From: an uncultured Actinomycetes bacterium
GTDB taxonomy: Bacteria; Actinomycetota; Acidimicrobiia; IMCC26256; DASPTH01
Assembly (NCBI GenBank): GCA_963750045.1
Contig: CAVVPD010000009.1
Span: 72,089-136,088 of the forward strand
Direction of reading: 5' to 3'
DNA: 64,000 bases
Shown here one piece after another: positions 34,909 through 44,567 of the stretch (the stretch's first letter is position 1; every line of letters starts with the position of its first letter). A program made the translations under genes and the position numbers. Under the pieces are notes generated by a model that was given only the letters and a program-made list of their open reading frames with translations, searched no databases and was not told the origin of the DNA.

Positions 34909-37091
34909 GCGACCGGCGTGGTCTGCGACTCGGCTTCGAGCTCGGCGAGCTCCTCGTCGAGGGTGTGGGCCGACTCCACGTGCACCCGCGGCAGGATCCG
35001 GTCGAGCCACTTCGGCAGCCACCAGTTCCAGTCACCCAGCAGTTCCATGGTCGCGGGCACGAGCACCATGCGCACCACGGTCGCGTCGATGAGCACCGCG
35101 ACCGCGAGCCCGAGCCCCATGAGCTTGAGCGCAACCTCGGGCCCGAACACGAAGCTGCCGAACACGCAGAACATGATCAACGCGGCTGCGGTGATCACCC
35201 GGGCGGTGAGGGCGAGGCCGTCGGCCACCGCGCTGGCGTTGTCGCCGGTGCGGTCGTACTCCTCGCGGATGCGCGAGAGGAGGAACACCTCGTAGTCCAT
35301 CGACAACCCGAACACGATGGCGAAGATGAAGACCGGCGCCCAGGCCTCGACCGGGGCCTCTCGCCCGACACCGATGAGGCTCGCCCCCCAGCCCCACTGG
35401 AAGACGGCGACGACCACTCCGTAGGCGGCGCCGATCGACAGCAGGTTCATGATCACGGCCTTGAGCGGCACGAGCAGGCTGCGGAACACGACCATGAGCA
35501 AGAGGAACGAGAGGATCAGCACCGCCCCCATGAAGATCGGCAGGCGTGCCGCCGTGTAGGTGGCGAAGTCGTCGGCCGCGGCGGTGAGCCCGCCCACCTT
35601 CACGTCGACCGCGGTGCCGACCACCGTCGGGATGAGGTTGTCGCGCAACCGGTTCACCAGATCGGCGGTCGCCTTCGCCTGGGGATCGGTGGTGGGATAG
35701 ACCTGCAGGACCGCGACGGTGCCCTCGGGGTTGGCCTGCGGTGGGGTCGCGAACGCGATGCCTTCGACACCGCCGTTCAGGGCCGTGCTCAGCCGGTTCA
35801 GCAGGGCGAGGTCGGCCTCACCGTTGGGCGTCTTCGCCGCGAGCAGGAGTGGACCGTTGAACCCGGGCCCGAAGCCCTCCGCGACCAGGTCGTAGGCGCG
35901 GCGCGTCGTGTCGTTGGTGGGGCGGTTGCCGGCGTCGGTGAAGCCGAGCCGCATCGAGAGCAGGGGAATTGCCAGGACCAGCAGGATCGCGAGGCCGATG
36001 ACGGCGGCGGGCCACGGGCGGCGCTGGATCAGGTGGCTCCAGCGCACCCACCCCGACTCCTTCGTCGTGTCCGCGGCCTTGCGGTGGGGGAGGCTCAGCT
36101 TGTCGATGTTGCGCCCGACGAAGCCGAGCAGCGCCGGCAGCAGCGTCACCGACGCGAGCATCGTCGTGAGCACCCCGATCGAGATGCCGATGGCGACCCC
36201 GCGCATGATCGACGTCTTCATCAACAGCAGGCCGAGCACCGAGATGACCACCGTCGAGCCTGCGAACAGCACCGCGCGGCCCGCGGTGTCGACGGCGCGC
36301 ACCACGCTGCGCTCGGGATCGAGACCGGCGTTGAGGTTCTCGCGATATCGGGTGACGATGAACAGCGCGTAGTCGATGCCGACGCCGAGGCCGACCATCG
36401 CCACCGCCGCGGTGGTGAAGTCGGGCATGTCGACGAAGTTGCGGACGGTCAGCACGATGGCGATGCCGGTCCCGATGCCGAACAGCGCGGTGCCGATGGG
36501 CAGGCCCATCGCGAGCACCGAGCCGAACGCGATGAGGAGGATGATCATCGCCGCCGCGATCCCGATCCCCTCGCTCGCGCCGTTCATCCCGGGGTTGGCG
36601 AACATCCCGCCGCCGAATTCGACCGTGAGGCCGGGCACGTCGATCTTCTCGGCGAAGGCCTTGATCTCCTTGCCCTGCTCGGTGAACGCCTCCCCCGAGC
36701 GGTCGGCGAAATTGAGCTGGGCGTAGGCGATCTCGGCGCCCTCCGCGATCTGGCGGGCGCCGTCGGGTGCGTACGGGCTGACCACCGCGACGTCGGGGAT
36801 CTTCTGCTCCACCTCGGAGAAGAGCCGTTCCATCGCCGACTTCACCGCCGGCGTCTTGATCCCGTCGGCGGCGCGGAACACGATCTCGGCCTGCACCTGA
36901 CGGTTGCGGAAGCTCGACTGCTCGAGGAGGTCGAACGCGGCCTGGCTCTCGGTGCCCGGGAGCCTGAACTCGGTCTTGAAGGCGCCGCCGACCGCGCTCG
37001 ACACGAAGAACGTGGCGATGAGGAGCACGATCCATCCCGCCAGGACGTACCGGCGTCGGCGGTACATCGTGCGCGCGAGCCACTGGAGCAT
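34905..37091 (-). CDS. MMPL/RND-superfamily membrane transporter
   Basis: 728 aa. Two 6-TM bundles each follow a large extracytoplasmic domain. Contains GVGIDYALFIVTRYRE and GLSMDYEVFLLSRIREE, typical of MMPL proteins. Confidence 0.9.
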   Translation of the reverse strand: MLQWLARTMYRRRRYVLAGWIVLLIATFFVSSAVGGAFKTEFRLPGTESQAAFDLLEQSSFRNRQVQAEIVFRAADGIKTPAVKSAMERLFSEVEQKIPDVAVVSPYAPDGARQIAEGAEIAYAQLNFADRSGEAFTEQGKEIKAFAEKIDVPGLTVEFGGGMFANPGMNGASEGIGIAAAMIILLIAFGSVLAMGLPIGTALFGIGTGIAIVLTVRNFVDMPDFTTAAVAMVGLGVGIDYALFIVTRYRENLNAGLDPERSVVRAVDTAGRAVLFAGSTVVISVLGLLLMKTSIMRGVAIGISIGVLTTMLASVTLLPALLGFVGRNIDKLSLPHRKAADTTKESGWVRWSHLIQRRPWPAAVIGLAILLVLAIPLLSMRLGFTDAGNRPTNDTTRRAYDLVAEGFGPGFNGPLLLAAKTPNGEADLALLNRLSTALNGGVEGIAFATPPQANPEGTVAVLQVYPTTDPQAKATADLVNRLRDNLIPTVVGTAVDVKVGGLTAAADDFATYTAARLPIFMGAVLILSFLLLMVVFRSLLVPLKAVIMNLLSIGAAYGVVVAVFQWGWGASLIGVGREAPVEAWAPVFIFAIVFGLSMDYEVFLLSRIREEYDRTGDNASAVADGLALTARVITAAALIMFCVFGSFVFGPEVALKLMGLGLAVAVLIDATVVRMVLVPATMELLGDWNWWLPKWLDRILPRVHVESAHTLDEELAELEAESQTTPVA

Positions 37092-37168
37092 CGGGTCACC
37101 TCGCAGTCGGGGGAGGTTGCGGGGAGATGCGGCCAGGCTAGGCGACCCTTCCCGAACGGTCTCCGCCG

Positions 37169-39088
37169 GTGCAGGAGGTGCACGATCGCTACAGTCGGCC
37201 CGTGGCCTATCAGTCGCTGTACCGCAAGTACCGCCCGCAGCGATTCTCCGAGCTGGTCGGGCAGGTGCACGTCACCACCGCGCTCCAGAACGCGGTGCGC
37301 GACGGCCGCGTCGGGCACGCCTACCTCTTCTCGGGTCCCCGCGGCACGGGCAAGACGACGACGGCGCGGCTCCTGGCCAAGGCGCTCAACTGCACCAATC
37401 GGGGTGACGACGGCGATCCGTGCGGGGTCTGCGAGAGCTGTGTCGCCATCGCCGAGGGGTCGTCGCTCGACGTGATCGAGGTCGACGCCGCGTCGAAGAG
37501 CCGGGTCGAAGAGATGCGCGATCTCCTCGAGCGGGTCGCCTACCTCAGCGCGGGTGGTGCCAAGAAGGTCTACATCCTCGACGAGGTCCACATGTTGAGC
37601 GCGAGCGCCGAGGCGGCGCTGCTCAAGACGCTCGAGGAGTCGCCCGAGCACGTGGTCTTCGTGCTCGCGACCACCGACCCGCTCAAGGTCGCGCCCACCA
37701 TCCGGTCGCGTACGCAGCACTACGAGTTCATGCTCTACACGCTCGACGAGCTCACCGGTCATCTCGCCGACGTGTGTGCCAAAGAGGGCGTCGAAGCCGA
37801 TTCCGATGCGCTCGCGATGATCGCCCGGGGCGGCGCCGGTTCCATGCGCGACGCGCTGTCGCTGCTCGACCAGGCCATCGCGCACGGGCGCGTCGACGTC
37901 GAGCAGGTCGGCGAGCTGTTCGGCGGCAGCGCGTTCGCGGGTCGGCTCGCGATCCTCACGGCCCTCGCCGACGAAGACGTCGCGGGCGCGCTGGTCGCGC
38001 TCGGCGAGCTGCTCGACGCCGGTCACGAACCTCGCCGCCTCGCCGAAGACCTCCTGGCCACGGTGCGCGACGCGTTCCTCCTCACCTCGGCGCGCGGTCG
38101 GGTGCGGGTCGACGCGCCCGACGACGACCAGGTCGCGCTGGTCGCACTCGGCGAGCAGGTCGGCGCCGCCCTGCTCGTCCGGACCCTCGAGACGCTCGGC
38201 CAGTCGGTGGTCGACATGCGCGGGACGGATGCCGCCGACCCGCGGCTCGTGCTCGAGATCGCGTTGGTGCGCCTGGCGCGCCGCGAAGCCGGCACTCCGT
38301 TGCAGGCACTGGCCGAACGGGTCGATCGGCTCGAACGGGGGTCGACGCCGGCCGCGGCGCCGCGCGCCACGACGGCGGCGCCGGCCGAGAGCACGCCGAC
38401 CCGTTCGTCGCGGTCCCTGTCCGAGCTCCGGCGCGAACGCGCCGCGGCGTCCGAACCGCCGCCCGACGCGGAGCTCGAGCTGGCACCGCCGCCCGAGCCG
38501 GCCGGCTCCGTGCTCGAACGGCAGACCGGCTCCGTGCTCGAACGGCAGACCGGCTCCGTGCCCGAACGGCAGACCGGCTCCGTGCCCGAACGGCAGACCG
38601 GCTCCGTGCCCGAACCCGAACCCGTGCCGGTGGGCGAGGTCGACATCGACGACGTGATCGTGGCCTGGGCGGAGATCCTCCCCGATCTCCCGCCGGCGAC
38701 CCGTGCCGCGGTGCGCGAGGCTCAGCCGCTGGCCGTCGACGGCGGCGTCATCACCTTCGGGGTCCCGAAGGCTCACTACGAGGTGGCGCTCCCACGGTTC
38801 AAGAAGGAAGCCGACAACATCCGTGCCGCGTTGTCCCGGAAGCTCGGCCGCCGGATGATGTTCAAGCCGGTCGCGCACGACGGCTTCGACGCGCCGGTGG
38901 AGGCCGTGGCGCCTGTGGGCGGCGAGCCTCGCGACGACGTGACCGACGACGACGAGATGCTCGACATCGCCGAGCTGGTCGACGCTCCGGCGGAGGCGCC
39001 GGCGGTAGATTCAGTGAGCCTCATCACCCAGAGCTTCGGCGCCACCGTCGTCGAAGAGGTCCCACGCGACTCCCCACACCGCGACTGA
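37169..39088 (+). CDS. dnaX: DNA polymerase III subunit gamma/tau
   Basis: Contains LYRKYRPQRFSELVGQ, FSGPRGTGKTTTARLLAKALNC, the zinc module CGVCESC, and YILDEVHMLS (Walker B). The long Ala/Pro/Glu-rich linker carries a 24-bp tandem repeat. The start (GTG 37169) is uncertain by about 10 codons. Confidence 0.92.
   Translation: MQEVHDRYSRPVAYQSLYRKYRPQRFSELVGQVHVTTALQNAVRDGRVGHAYLFSGPRGTGKTTTARLLAKALNCTNRGDDGDPCGVCESCVAIAEGSSLDVIEVDAASKSRVEEMRDLLERVAYLSAGGAKKVYILDEVHMLSASAEAALLKTLEESPEHVVFVLATTDPLKVAPTIRSRTQHYEFMLYTLDELTGHLADVCAKEGVEADSDALAMIARGGAGSMRDALSLLDQAIAHGRVDVEQVGELFGGSAFAGRLAILTALADEDVAGALVALGELLDAGHEPRRLAEDLLATVRDAFLLTSARGRVRVDAPDDDQVALVALGEQVGAALLVRTLETLGQSVVDMRGTDAADPRLVLEIALVRLARREAGTPLQALAERVDRLERGSTPAAAPRATTAAPAESTPTRSSRSLSELRRERAAASEPPPDAELELAPPPEPAGSVLERQTGSVLERQTGSVPERQTGSVPERQTGSVPEPEPVPVGEVDIDDVIVAWAEILPDLPPATRAAVREAQPLAVDGGVITFGVPKAHYEVALPRFKKEADNIRAALSRKLGRRMMFKPVAHDGFDAPVEAVAPVGGEPRDDVTDDDEMLDIAELVDAPAEAPAVDSVSLITQSFGATVVEEVPRDSPHRD
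38504..38614 (+). repeat. 24-bp tandem repeat (about 4.6 copies) inside dnaX, encoding GSV(L/P)ERQT units
   Basis: The unit GGCTCCGTGCTCGAACGGCAGACC occurs twice, then GGCTCCGTGCCCGAACGGCAGACC twice, then a partial copy. It translates in frame as GSVLERQT GSVLERQT GSVPERQT GSVPERQT GSVPE. Confidence 0.9.
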
Positions 39089-39100
39089 GAGAAGCAGCCC

Positions 39101-39433
39101 GTGACGAACCAGAAGCAGCTCAACCAGATGATGAAGCAGATGCAGAAGATGCAGACCGACATGGCCGCGGCCCAAGAGGCACTCGCGCAGTCCACGGTCG
39201 AGGGTTCCGCGGGCGGGGGCATGGTCAAGGTCACGGTCACGGGCGCCGGCGAGGTGCAATCCGTGCACATCGCTCCCGAGGTGGTCGATCCCGACGACGT
39301 CGAGATGCTCGAGGATCTCGTGCTCGCTGCCGTCGGGGACGGTCTCCGGCGCGCCCAGGAGATGCAGAGCGAGAGCCTCGGTGGGGTCACCGGCGGTCTC
39401 GACCTCGGCGATCTCGGTGGCCTCCTTGGCTGA
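39101..39433 (+). CDS. ybaB: Nucleoid-associated protein YbaB/EbfC
   Basis: 110 aa. Contains QMMKQMQKMQTDMAAAQEAL...GGGMVKVTVTGAGEVQSVHI and sits in the conserved position between dnaX and recR. Confidence 0.92.
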   Translation: MTNQKQLNQMMKQMQKMQTDMAAAQEALAQSTVEGSAGGGMVKVTVTGAGEVQSVHIAPEVVDPDDVEMLEDLVLAAVGDGLRRAQEMQSESLGGVTGGLDLGDLGGLLG

Positions 39434-39454
39434 CCGGGGCTCGGTCGGCATGCG

Positions 39455-40060
39455 GTGACGAGCCCGTACGCAGCGCCGGTCCAGGCGTTGATCGACGAGC
39501 TGGGGCGCCTGCCCGGCGTCGGACCCAAGTCCGCGCAACGCATCGCCTTCTACCTGTTGAAGGCGGCGCCCGAGGATGCCAACCGGCTGGCCCGGGTGAT
39601 CACGGAGGCCAAAGCGCGCGTCTCGTGGTGCCGGCAGTGCTTCAACCTCTCGGAGGGTGAGCTCTGCGACTACTGCCTCGACGAGCGCCGCGACGCGGCG
39701 GTGCTGTGCGTGGTCGAGGAGCCCCGCGACATCGTGGCCGTCGAACGCACCCACGAGTTCATCGGCCGGTACCACGTGTTGCAGGGCGCGATCTCGCCGA
39801 TCGAGGGGATCGGGCCCGAGCAATTGCGGGTGAAGGAGCTGCTGGCCCGGGTCGACGAGGGCGTGACCGAGGTGATCCTCGCCACCAACCCCAACATCGA
39901 GGGCGAGGCCACGGCCATGTACCTGGCCCGGCTCCTGAAGCCGCTCGGGGTGCGGATCACCCGGATCGCGAGCGGGCTCCCCGTCGGCGGGGACCTCGAG
40001 TACGCGGACGAGGTGACGCTGGGTCGGGCCCTCGAAGGCCGGCGCGACGTCGACGCCTGA
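39455..40060 (+). CDS. recR: Recombination protein RecR
   Basis: 201 aa. Contains [17 protein letters not shown] (HhH), the zinc finger [16 protein letters not shown], and a Toprim region [16 protein letters not shown]. Confidence 0.95.
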   Translation: MTSPYAAPVQALIDELGRLPGVGPKSAQRIAFYLLKAAPEDANRLARVITEAKARVSWCRQCFNLSEGELCDYCLDERRDAAVLCVVEEPRDIVAVERTHEFIGRYHVLQGAISPIEGIGPEQLRVKELLARVDEGVTEVILATNPNIEGEATAMYLARLLKPLGVRITRIASGLPVGGDLEYADEVTLGRALEGRRDVDA

Positions 40061-40156
40061 TCCACCCGATCGGGCGGGCATCCCCGCGGCGCTCCCGGGG
40101 TCGCGCGAGCCTCGTGCCCGGACTCCGGCAACCGCCGGAGACGGGAGGTTCAGACC

Positions 40157-40543
40157 ATGAGTGACACGACACCGGCTCCGCCACCGCCGGCCGCAGGTGC
40201 GAGCGGACCCCGAGGCAAGGTGCGCGAACCCGTCGCGGTGATCATCTTCTCGATCATCACGCTGGGCATCTACTTCCTCGTGTGGACCTACAAGATCTTC
40301 AAGGAGAACAAGGACTTCAGCGGCGAGGGCGTCGGTGGAGTGATCGGTCTGGTGATCGGGCTCCTCGTCGGGATCGTGAACTGGTTCCTGATCCCGTCCG
40401 AGATCGGCAACATCTACGCCAAGGCCGGGCGCGAGAAGCCCGTCCGCGGCGTCACCGGGTTCTGGAACCTGATCCCGCTCATCGGCTTCATCATCTGGGT
40501 CGTCAAGGTCCAGGGCGCGATGAACCGCCTCTACGAGGCCTAG
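40157..40543 (+). CDS. DUF4234 domain membrane protein
   Basis: 128 aa, with RBS GGGAGG upstream. Contains IIFSIITLGIYFLVWTYKIFKE, the hallmark DUF4234 segment. The N-terminus is Pro-rich. Confidence 0.75.
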   Translation: MSDTTPAPPPPAAGASGPRGKVREPVAVIIFSIITLGIYFLVWTYKIFKENKDFSGEGVGGVIGLVIGLLVGIVNWFLIPSEIGNIYAKAGREKPVRGVTGFWNLIPLIGFIIWVVKVQGAMNRLYEA

Positions 40544-40551
40544 GCCGTCGG

Positions 40552-40585
40552 TGGCAGTAGCGCGGCTCGTGCGGCGCTACTGCCA
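40552..40585. terminator. Perfect 12-bp hairpin between convergent genes (candidate bidirectional terminator)
   Basis: TGGCAGTAGCGC-N10-GCGCTACTGCCA. The right arm includes the last codons and the TAG of the minus-strand gene ending at 40577. It lies 9 nt after the plus-strand stop at 40543. Confidence 0.55.
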
Positions 40586-41269
40586 GGCGGTCACCTGCTC
40601 GCCGCTGAGGGCCCGGTAGAGGTAGGCCCACGCGATCAGCGTGATGCCCAGCGTGAACACCACACCGACGAAGCACGCGAACAGGCCGACGATGTTCACG
40701 AGGAACAGCACGATGGCCATGCCGAAGAGCTGCCAGCGGTGTCCGCGGGTGATCTCGGCCGAGCGTTGCAGTGACTCGATCACACCGACGCCGTCACCCC
40801 GCTGCGCGATCACGAAGCCGTAGAAGCCGAACGTCGCGACGAAGATGATCCCGGGCACGATCAGCAGGATGAAGCCGATCACCGCGCCGATGTAGAACAG
40901 GATCGACGCCAGGATGAACGGTCCGTACCCCTGCGCCTTGAACACGTCGCCGACCTCGGGCTTCACGCCATTGGTGATCTCGAGCGCGACCCGGAACCAG
41001 CCCAGGGTGATGAGCAGGCTGACCAGCGTCCCGATCAACTGGAAGACCACGCGGATACCGGTGGAGTCAGAGGCGTTCCCGATCGCCGAGAACACCGCCT
41101 GGATCAGGAACACGACGATCGCGATGAGCACCATCGGACCGACGTTCTTCCAGTACGACTTCCACCCGTACGAGAGCGCGTCGCCGATGCCGAACGATGC
41201 CGGCGACGAAGACTGCCACGTGCCGCCGGGCGGGGGCGGCGGGGGCGGCGGGGGCGGTTCCATCGACAT
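40577..41269 (-). CDS. Polytopic membrane protein with an N-terminal poly-proline tract (DUF975/GDPD-membrane-domain-like)
   Basis: ATG 41269 (MSMEPPPPPPPPPPGG...) is in frame with ORF 40577..41347. About 5-6 TM helices follow. The start choice and the family label are tentative. Confidence 0.65.
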   Translation of the reverse strand: MSMEPPPPPPPPPPGGTWQSSSPASFGIGDALSYGWKSYWKNVGPMVLIAIVVFLIQAVFSAIGNASDSTGIRVVFQLIGTLVSLLITLGWFRVALEITNGVKPEVGDVFKAQGYGPFILASILFYIGAVIGFILLIVPGIIFVATFGFYGFVIAQRGDGVGVIESLQRSAEITRGHRWQLFGMAIVLFLVNIVGLFACFVGVVFTLGITLIAWAYLYRALSGEQVTAWQ

Positions 41270-41282
41270 GCGGGGAGTCCCT

Positions 41283-41558
41283 TCAGAGGGGTCGGTTGGT
41301 CGCGTACTTGAACAACTGGAATGACCAGAGGGCCATGACGACGGCAAACGGTAGCCAGGTGGGGACCGCGACGCGGGGACCGCCGACCACGACCACGGCG
41401 CCGAGGGCCGCGATCACGACGAGAGCGACCAGCACGACTCCCGGGTTGAGGGCGAGTGAGGCGACCACGTCGCCGTGCACGAGGGCCACGGCGCCGCGGG
41501 TCATCCCGCAGAATGGGCACGGCACGCCGGTGAGCGTGCGGAGCGGGCACGGGGGCAT
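41283..41558 (-). CDS. DUF2752 domain membrane protein
   Basis: 91 aa. Contains CPLRTLTGVPCPFCGMTRG, the characteristic DUF2752 Cys motif, followed by two TM helices. Confidence 0.78.
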   Translation of the reverse strand: MPPCPLRTLTGVPCPFCGMTRGAVALVHGDVVASLALNPGVVLVALVVIAALGAVVVVGGPRVAVPTWLPFAVVMALWSFQLFKYATNRPL

Positions 41559-41567
41559 GGCCGGCGC

Positions 41568-42752
41568 CTAGAGCGCGCGCACGACCGCTGCCTCACCCTG
41601 GCCGCCGCCGCCACACAGCGCTGCCGCACCGAGCCCACCGCCGCGGCGGCGGAGCTCGTTGATCAGCGTGAGCACGACCCGGGTCCCCGACATGCCGATC
41701 GGGTGGCCGAGCGCGATGGCGCCGCCGTTGACGTTCACGATGTCGTCGGTGATGCCGAGGTCGCGCATCGAGGCCAGACCGACGGCGGCGAACGCCTCGT
41801 TGAGCTCGAAGAGGTCGAGGTCCGAGACCTTGATGTCGACGGGCGCGAGCGCGCGCCTGATCGCACGTGACGGCTGCGTGAGCAATGACGGGTCGGGCCC
41901 GGCGACCATCCCGAAGCTCACGAGCTCGGCGATCGGGGTGAGTCCCAGCTCCGCGGCCTTCTCCACCGACGTGACCACGACCGCGGCCGCGCCGTCCGAG
42001 ATCTGCGACGCGTTCCCGGCGGTGATGCTGCCCTCCTTGGCGAACGCCGGGCGCAACTTGCCCAGCGAGCCGGCCGTCGTGCCCGGGCGTACCCCTTCGT
42101 CGGTGTCGACGAGGATGGGATCGCCCTTGCGCTGCACGATCTCGATCGGCGCGATCTCCTCGGCGAGGCGACCTTCCTTCATCGCCGCGGCCGCACGGTC
42201 GTGGCTCTTGGCCGCGACGTCGTCCTGCATGTCGCGGTCGATGCCGCCGAACTCGCCGGTGTAGCGCTCGGTGCCGGCGCCCATGTGGACGGCGTCGAAG
42301 GCGCACCACAGCCCGTCGTCGATCATCGAGTCCAGCAGCTCGCCGTTGCCCATCCGGTAGCCCTCGCGCGCGTTCTTGAGCAGGTAGGGCGCCTTGGTCA
42401 TGGATTCCATGCCGCCGGCGACTACAACCTCGGCGTCGCCGGCCTGGATCATCTGGTCGGCGAGGTAGATGGCGTTGATGCCCGAGAGACAGACCTTGTT
42501 GATGGTCATCGACGGGACCGAGAGTGGGATCCCGCCCTTGACCGCGGCCTGGCGCGCCGGCATCTGGCCGGCACCGGCCTGGAGCACCTGGCCGAGCAGG
42601 ACGTAGTCCACCTGCTCGGCGTCCAGTCCGCCCCGGGCGAGGGCGGCGGCGATCGCGTGACCCCCGAGGTCGGTGGCGGCGAATGACGACAGCGAGCCCG
42701 AGAGCTTGCCGATCGGCGTGCGGGCGGATGAGACGATGACAGAGCCCGGCAT
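41568..42752 (-). CDS. Acetyl-CoA C-acetyltransferase (thiolase II)
   Basis: ATG 42752 is preceded by GAAGGA. Contains [15 protein letters not shown], the active-site region [29 protein letters not shown] and CGGGGQG. Confidence 0.92.
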   Translation of the reverse strand: MPGSVIVSSARTPIGKLSGSLSSFAATDLGGHAIAAALARGGLDAEQVDYVLLGQVLQAGAGQMPARQAAVKGGIPLSVPSMTINKVCLSGINAIYLADQMIQAGDAEVVVAGGMESMTKAPYLLKNAREGYRMGNGELLDSMIDDGLWCAFDAVHMGAGTERYTGEFGGIDRDMQDDVAAKSHDRAAAAMKEGRLAEEIAPIEIVQRKGDPILVDTDEGVRPGTTAGSLGKLRPAFAKEGSITAGNASQISDGAAAVVVTSVEKAAELGLTPIAELVSFGMVAGPDPSLLTQPSRAIRRALAPVDIKVSDLDLFELNEAFAAVGLASMRDLGITDDIVNVNGGAIALGHPIGMSGTRVVLTLINELRRRGGGLGAAALCGGGGQGEAAVVRAL

Positions 42753-42816
42753 GTGGCGTCCTTCTCGAAGTGGCCCGGAGTCGGGATTCTCGGCTCCGAT
42801 GGTACCGTCGCCCGCC

Positions 42817-44157
42817 ATGACCGAGCTCGATGCGATCCGCACCGCGATCGTCGACGGAGCGCCGGCGGAGGACCTCGGCGCCCTCCCGCTCCCGGCCACG
42901 TACCGTGGCGCCGTCGTGCGGGCCGACGAGCAGGAGATGTTCGCCGGGATCCCGTCGGCCGAGAAGGATCCGAGCCAGTCGCTGCACCTCGACGAGGTCC
43001 CGCTGCCGGAGCTGGCGCCCGACGAGGCGCTGGTGGCCGTCATGGCGTCGTCGATCAACTTCAACACGGTCTGGACGTCGATCTTCGAACCCCTGCCGAC
43101 CTTCGCGTTCCTGCAGCGGCTCGGACGCGAGAGCGTGTGGGGCGCCCGGCACGACCAGCCCTTCCACGTGGTGGGCAGCGACGCGGCCGGCGTCGTGCTT
43201 CGGGTGGGCTCCGCGGTGCGGATGTGGAAGCCCGGCGACGCGGTGACCGTCCACTGCAACCACGTCGACGACCAGGACCCGAGCGCGCACGACGACTCGA
43301 TGCTCGCGACCAACCAGCGGATCTGGGGATACGAGACCAACTACGGGGGACTCGGGGAATTGACGCTGGTGAAGGCCAGCCAGTTGATGCCCAAGCCCGC
43401 GCACCTCACGTGGGAGGAAGCCGCGGTGAACGCGCTCACCAACTCCACCAGCTACCGCATGCTCGTCAGCCCCCACGGCGCGCAGATGACGCAGGGCCAG
43501 ACCGTGCTGATCTGGGGCGCCAGCGGGGGCATCGGTGCATACGCGTGCCAGTACGTGCTGAACGGTGGGGGGATCCCCGTCGGGGTGGTGTCGAGCTCCG
43601 AGCGCGCCGAGGTGCTCCACGCGATGGGGGTCGAGCACGTGATCGACCGCAAGGCCGAAGGCTTTCAGTTCTGGAAGGACGAGCACACGCAGGATCCGGC
43701 CGAGTGGCGCCGCTTCGGGAAGCGGATCCGCGAGTTGGTCGGTCGCGACCCCGACGTCGTGTTCGAGCATCCCGGCCGTTCGACCATGGGGGCGTCGGTG
43801 TTCGTGTGCACGCGCGGGGGCACCATCGTCACGTGCGCGGCGACCAGCGGGTTCATGATCGAGTACGACAACCGCTACCTCTGGATGAACCAGAAGACGC
43901 TCAAGGGATGCCACTTCGCCAACTACCGCGAGGCGTGGGAGGCCAATCGCCTGATCGGGGAGGGCCGGATCCACCCGGTGCTCTCGGCGGTGTTCCCGTT
44001 CGATCAGGTGGGCGAAGCGGTGAACCAGGTGCACCACAACGTCCACGAGGGGAAGCTGGGCGTGCTCGTCCTCGCCCCGGAAGAGGGTCTGGGCGTCACC
44101 GGCCCCGAGTTTCGCGCTGCGCACCTCGACGAGATCACGCGCTTCAGGAGGCACTGA
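42817..44157 (+). CDS. ccr: Crotonyl-CoA carboxylase/reductase
   Basis: ATG 42817 is in frame with ORF 42673..44157. The 446-aa MDR-family protein contains [43 protein letters not shown] and EYDNRYLWM, typical of Ccr. Confidence 0.85.
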   Translation: MTELDAIRTAIVDGAPAEDLGALPLPATYRGAVVRADEQEMFAGIPSAEKDPSQSLHLDEVPLPELAPDEALVAVMASSINFNTVWTSIFEPLPTFAFLQRLGRESVWGARHDQPFHVVGSDAAGVVLRVGSAVRMWKPGDAVTVHCNHVDDQDPSAHDDSMLATNQRIWGYETNYGGLGELTLVKASQLMPKPAHLTWEEAAVNALTNSTSYRMLVSPHGAQMTQGQTVLIWGASGGIGAYACQYVLNGGGIPVGVVSSSERAEVLHAMGVEHVIDRKAEGFQFWKDEHTQDPAEWRRFGKRIRELVGRDPDVVFEHPGRSTMGASVFVCTRGGTIVTCAATSGFMIEYDNRYLWMNQKTLKGCHFANYREAWEANRLIGEGRIHPVLSAVFPFDQVGEAVNQVHHNVHEGKLGVLVLAPEEGLGVTGPEFRAAHLDEITRFRRH

Positions 44158-44556
44158 ATGCTCACCGAGATCGACCACGTCGCCATCGCCGTCAACGACC
44201 TCGAGGCCGCGATCGACTACTACCGCGCCACCTACGGGGTGGAGGTCGAGCACCGGGAGGTGGTGGAGCGCGACGGCGTGGAGGAGGCGCTGCTCCGGGT
44301 GGCCGACTCCTACGTGCAGCTGCTCACCCCGATCCGCGACGACTCGACCGTCGCCCGGTTCCTGGAGAAGAAGGGCGAGGGCATCCACCACGTCGGGTAC
44401 CGGGTGGCCGACTGCGCGGCGGCCGTCGAGCGCGTGCGGGCCGAGGGCGGGAAGCTGATCGACGAGGTGCCCCGGGCGGGAAGTCGCGGGACCACCGTTG
44501 CCTTCGTGCATCCCAAGGGCGGCTTCGGCACCCTGGTCGAGCTGGTCGAGGAATAA
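44158..44556 (+). CDS. mce: Methylmalonyl-CoA (ethylmalonyl-CoA) epimerase, VOC family
   Basis: 132 aa. Contains [31 protein letters not shown] and [16 protein letters not shown]. Confidence 0.88.
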   Translation: MLTEIDHVAIAVNDLEAAIDYYRATYGVEVEHREVVERDGVEEALLRVADSYVQLLTPIRDDSTVARFLEKKGEGIHHVGYRVADCAAAVERVRAEGGKLIDEVPRAGSRGTTVAFVHPKGGFGTLVELVEE

Positions 44557-44567
44557 CCTCGGCGCCT

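Noticed and set aside
34623-37475. 950-aa plus-strand ORF overlapping the MMPL gene and the dnaX start
   Set aside because: It is antisense to the MMPL transporter. It has an extreme D/E/R/H/G composition and no TM segments or motifs.
38504-38614. The dnaX tandem repeat as a possible CRISPR or mini-array
   Set aside because: The units are directly adjacent with no spacers, are only 24 bp long, are in frame inside dnaX, and there are no cas genes. It is a coding VNTR.
37169-39088. A programmed ribosomal frameshift site in dnaX, and programmed frameshifting as an explanation for the ten frame breaks
   Set aside because: There is no A-rich slippery heptamer (of the A AAA AAG type) in dnaX. None of the ten junctions has a slippery sequence followed by a downstream structure. 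They lie in G/C-only tracts or in a C4 run.
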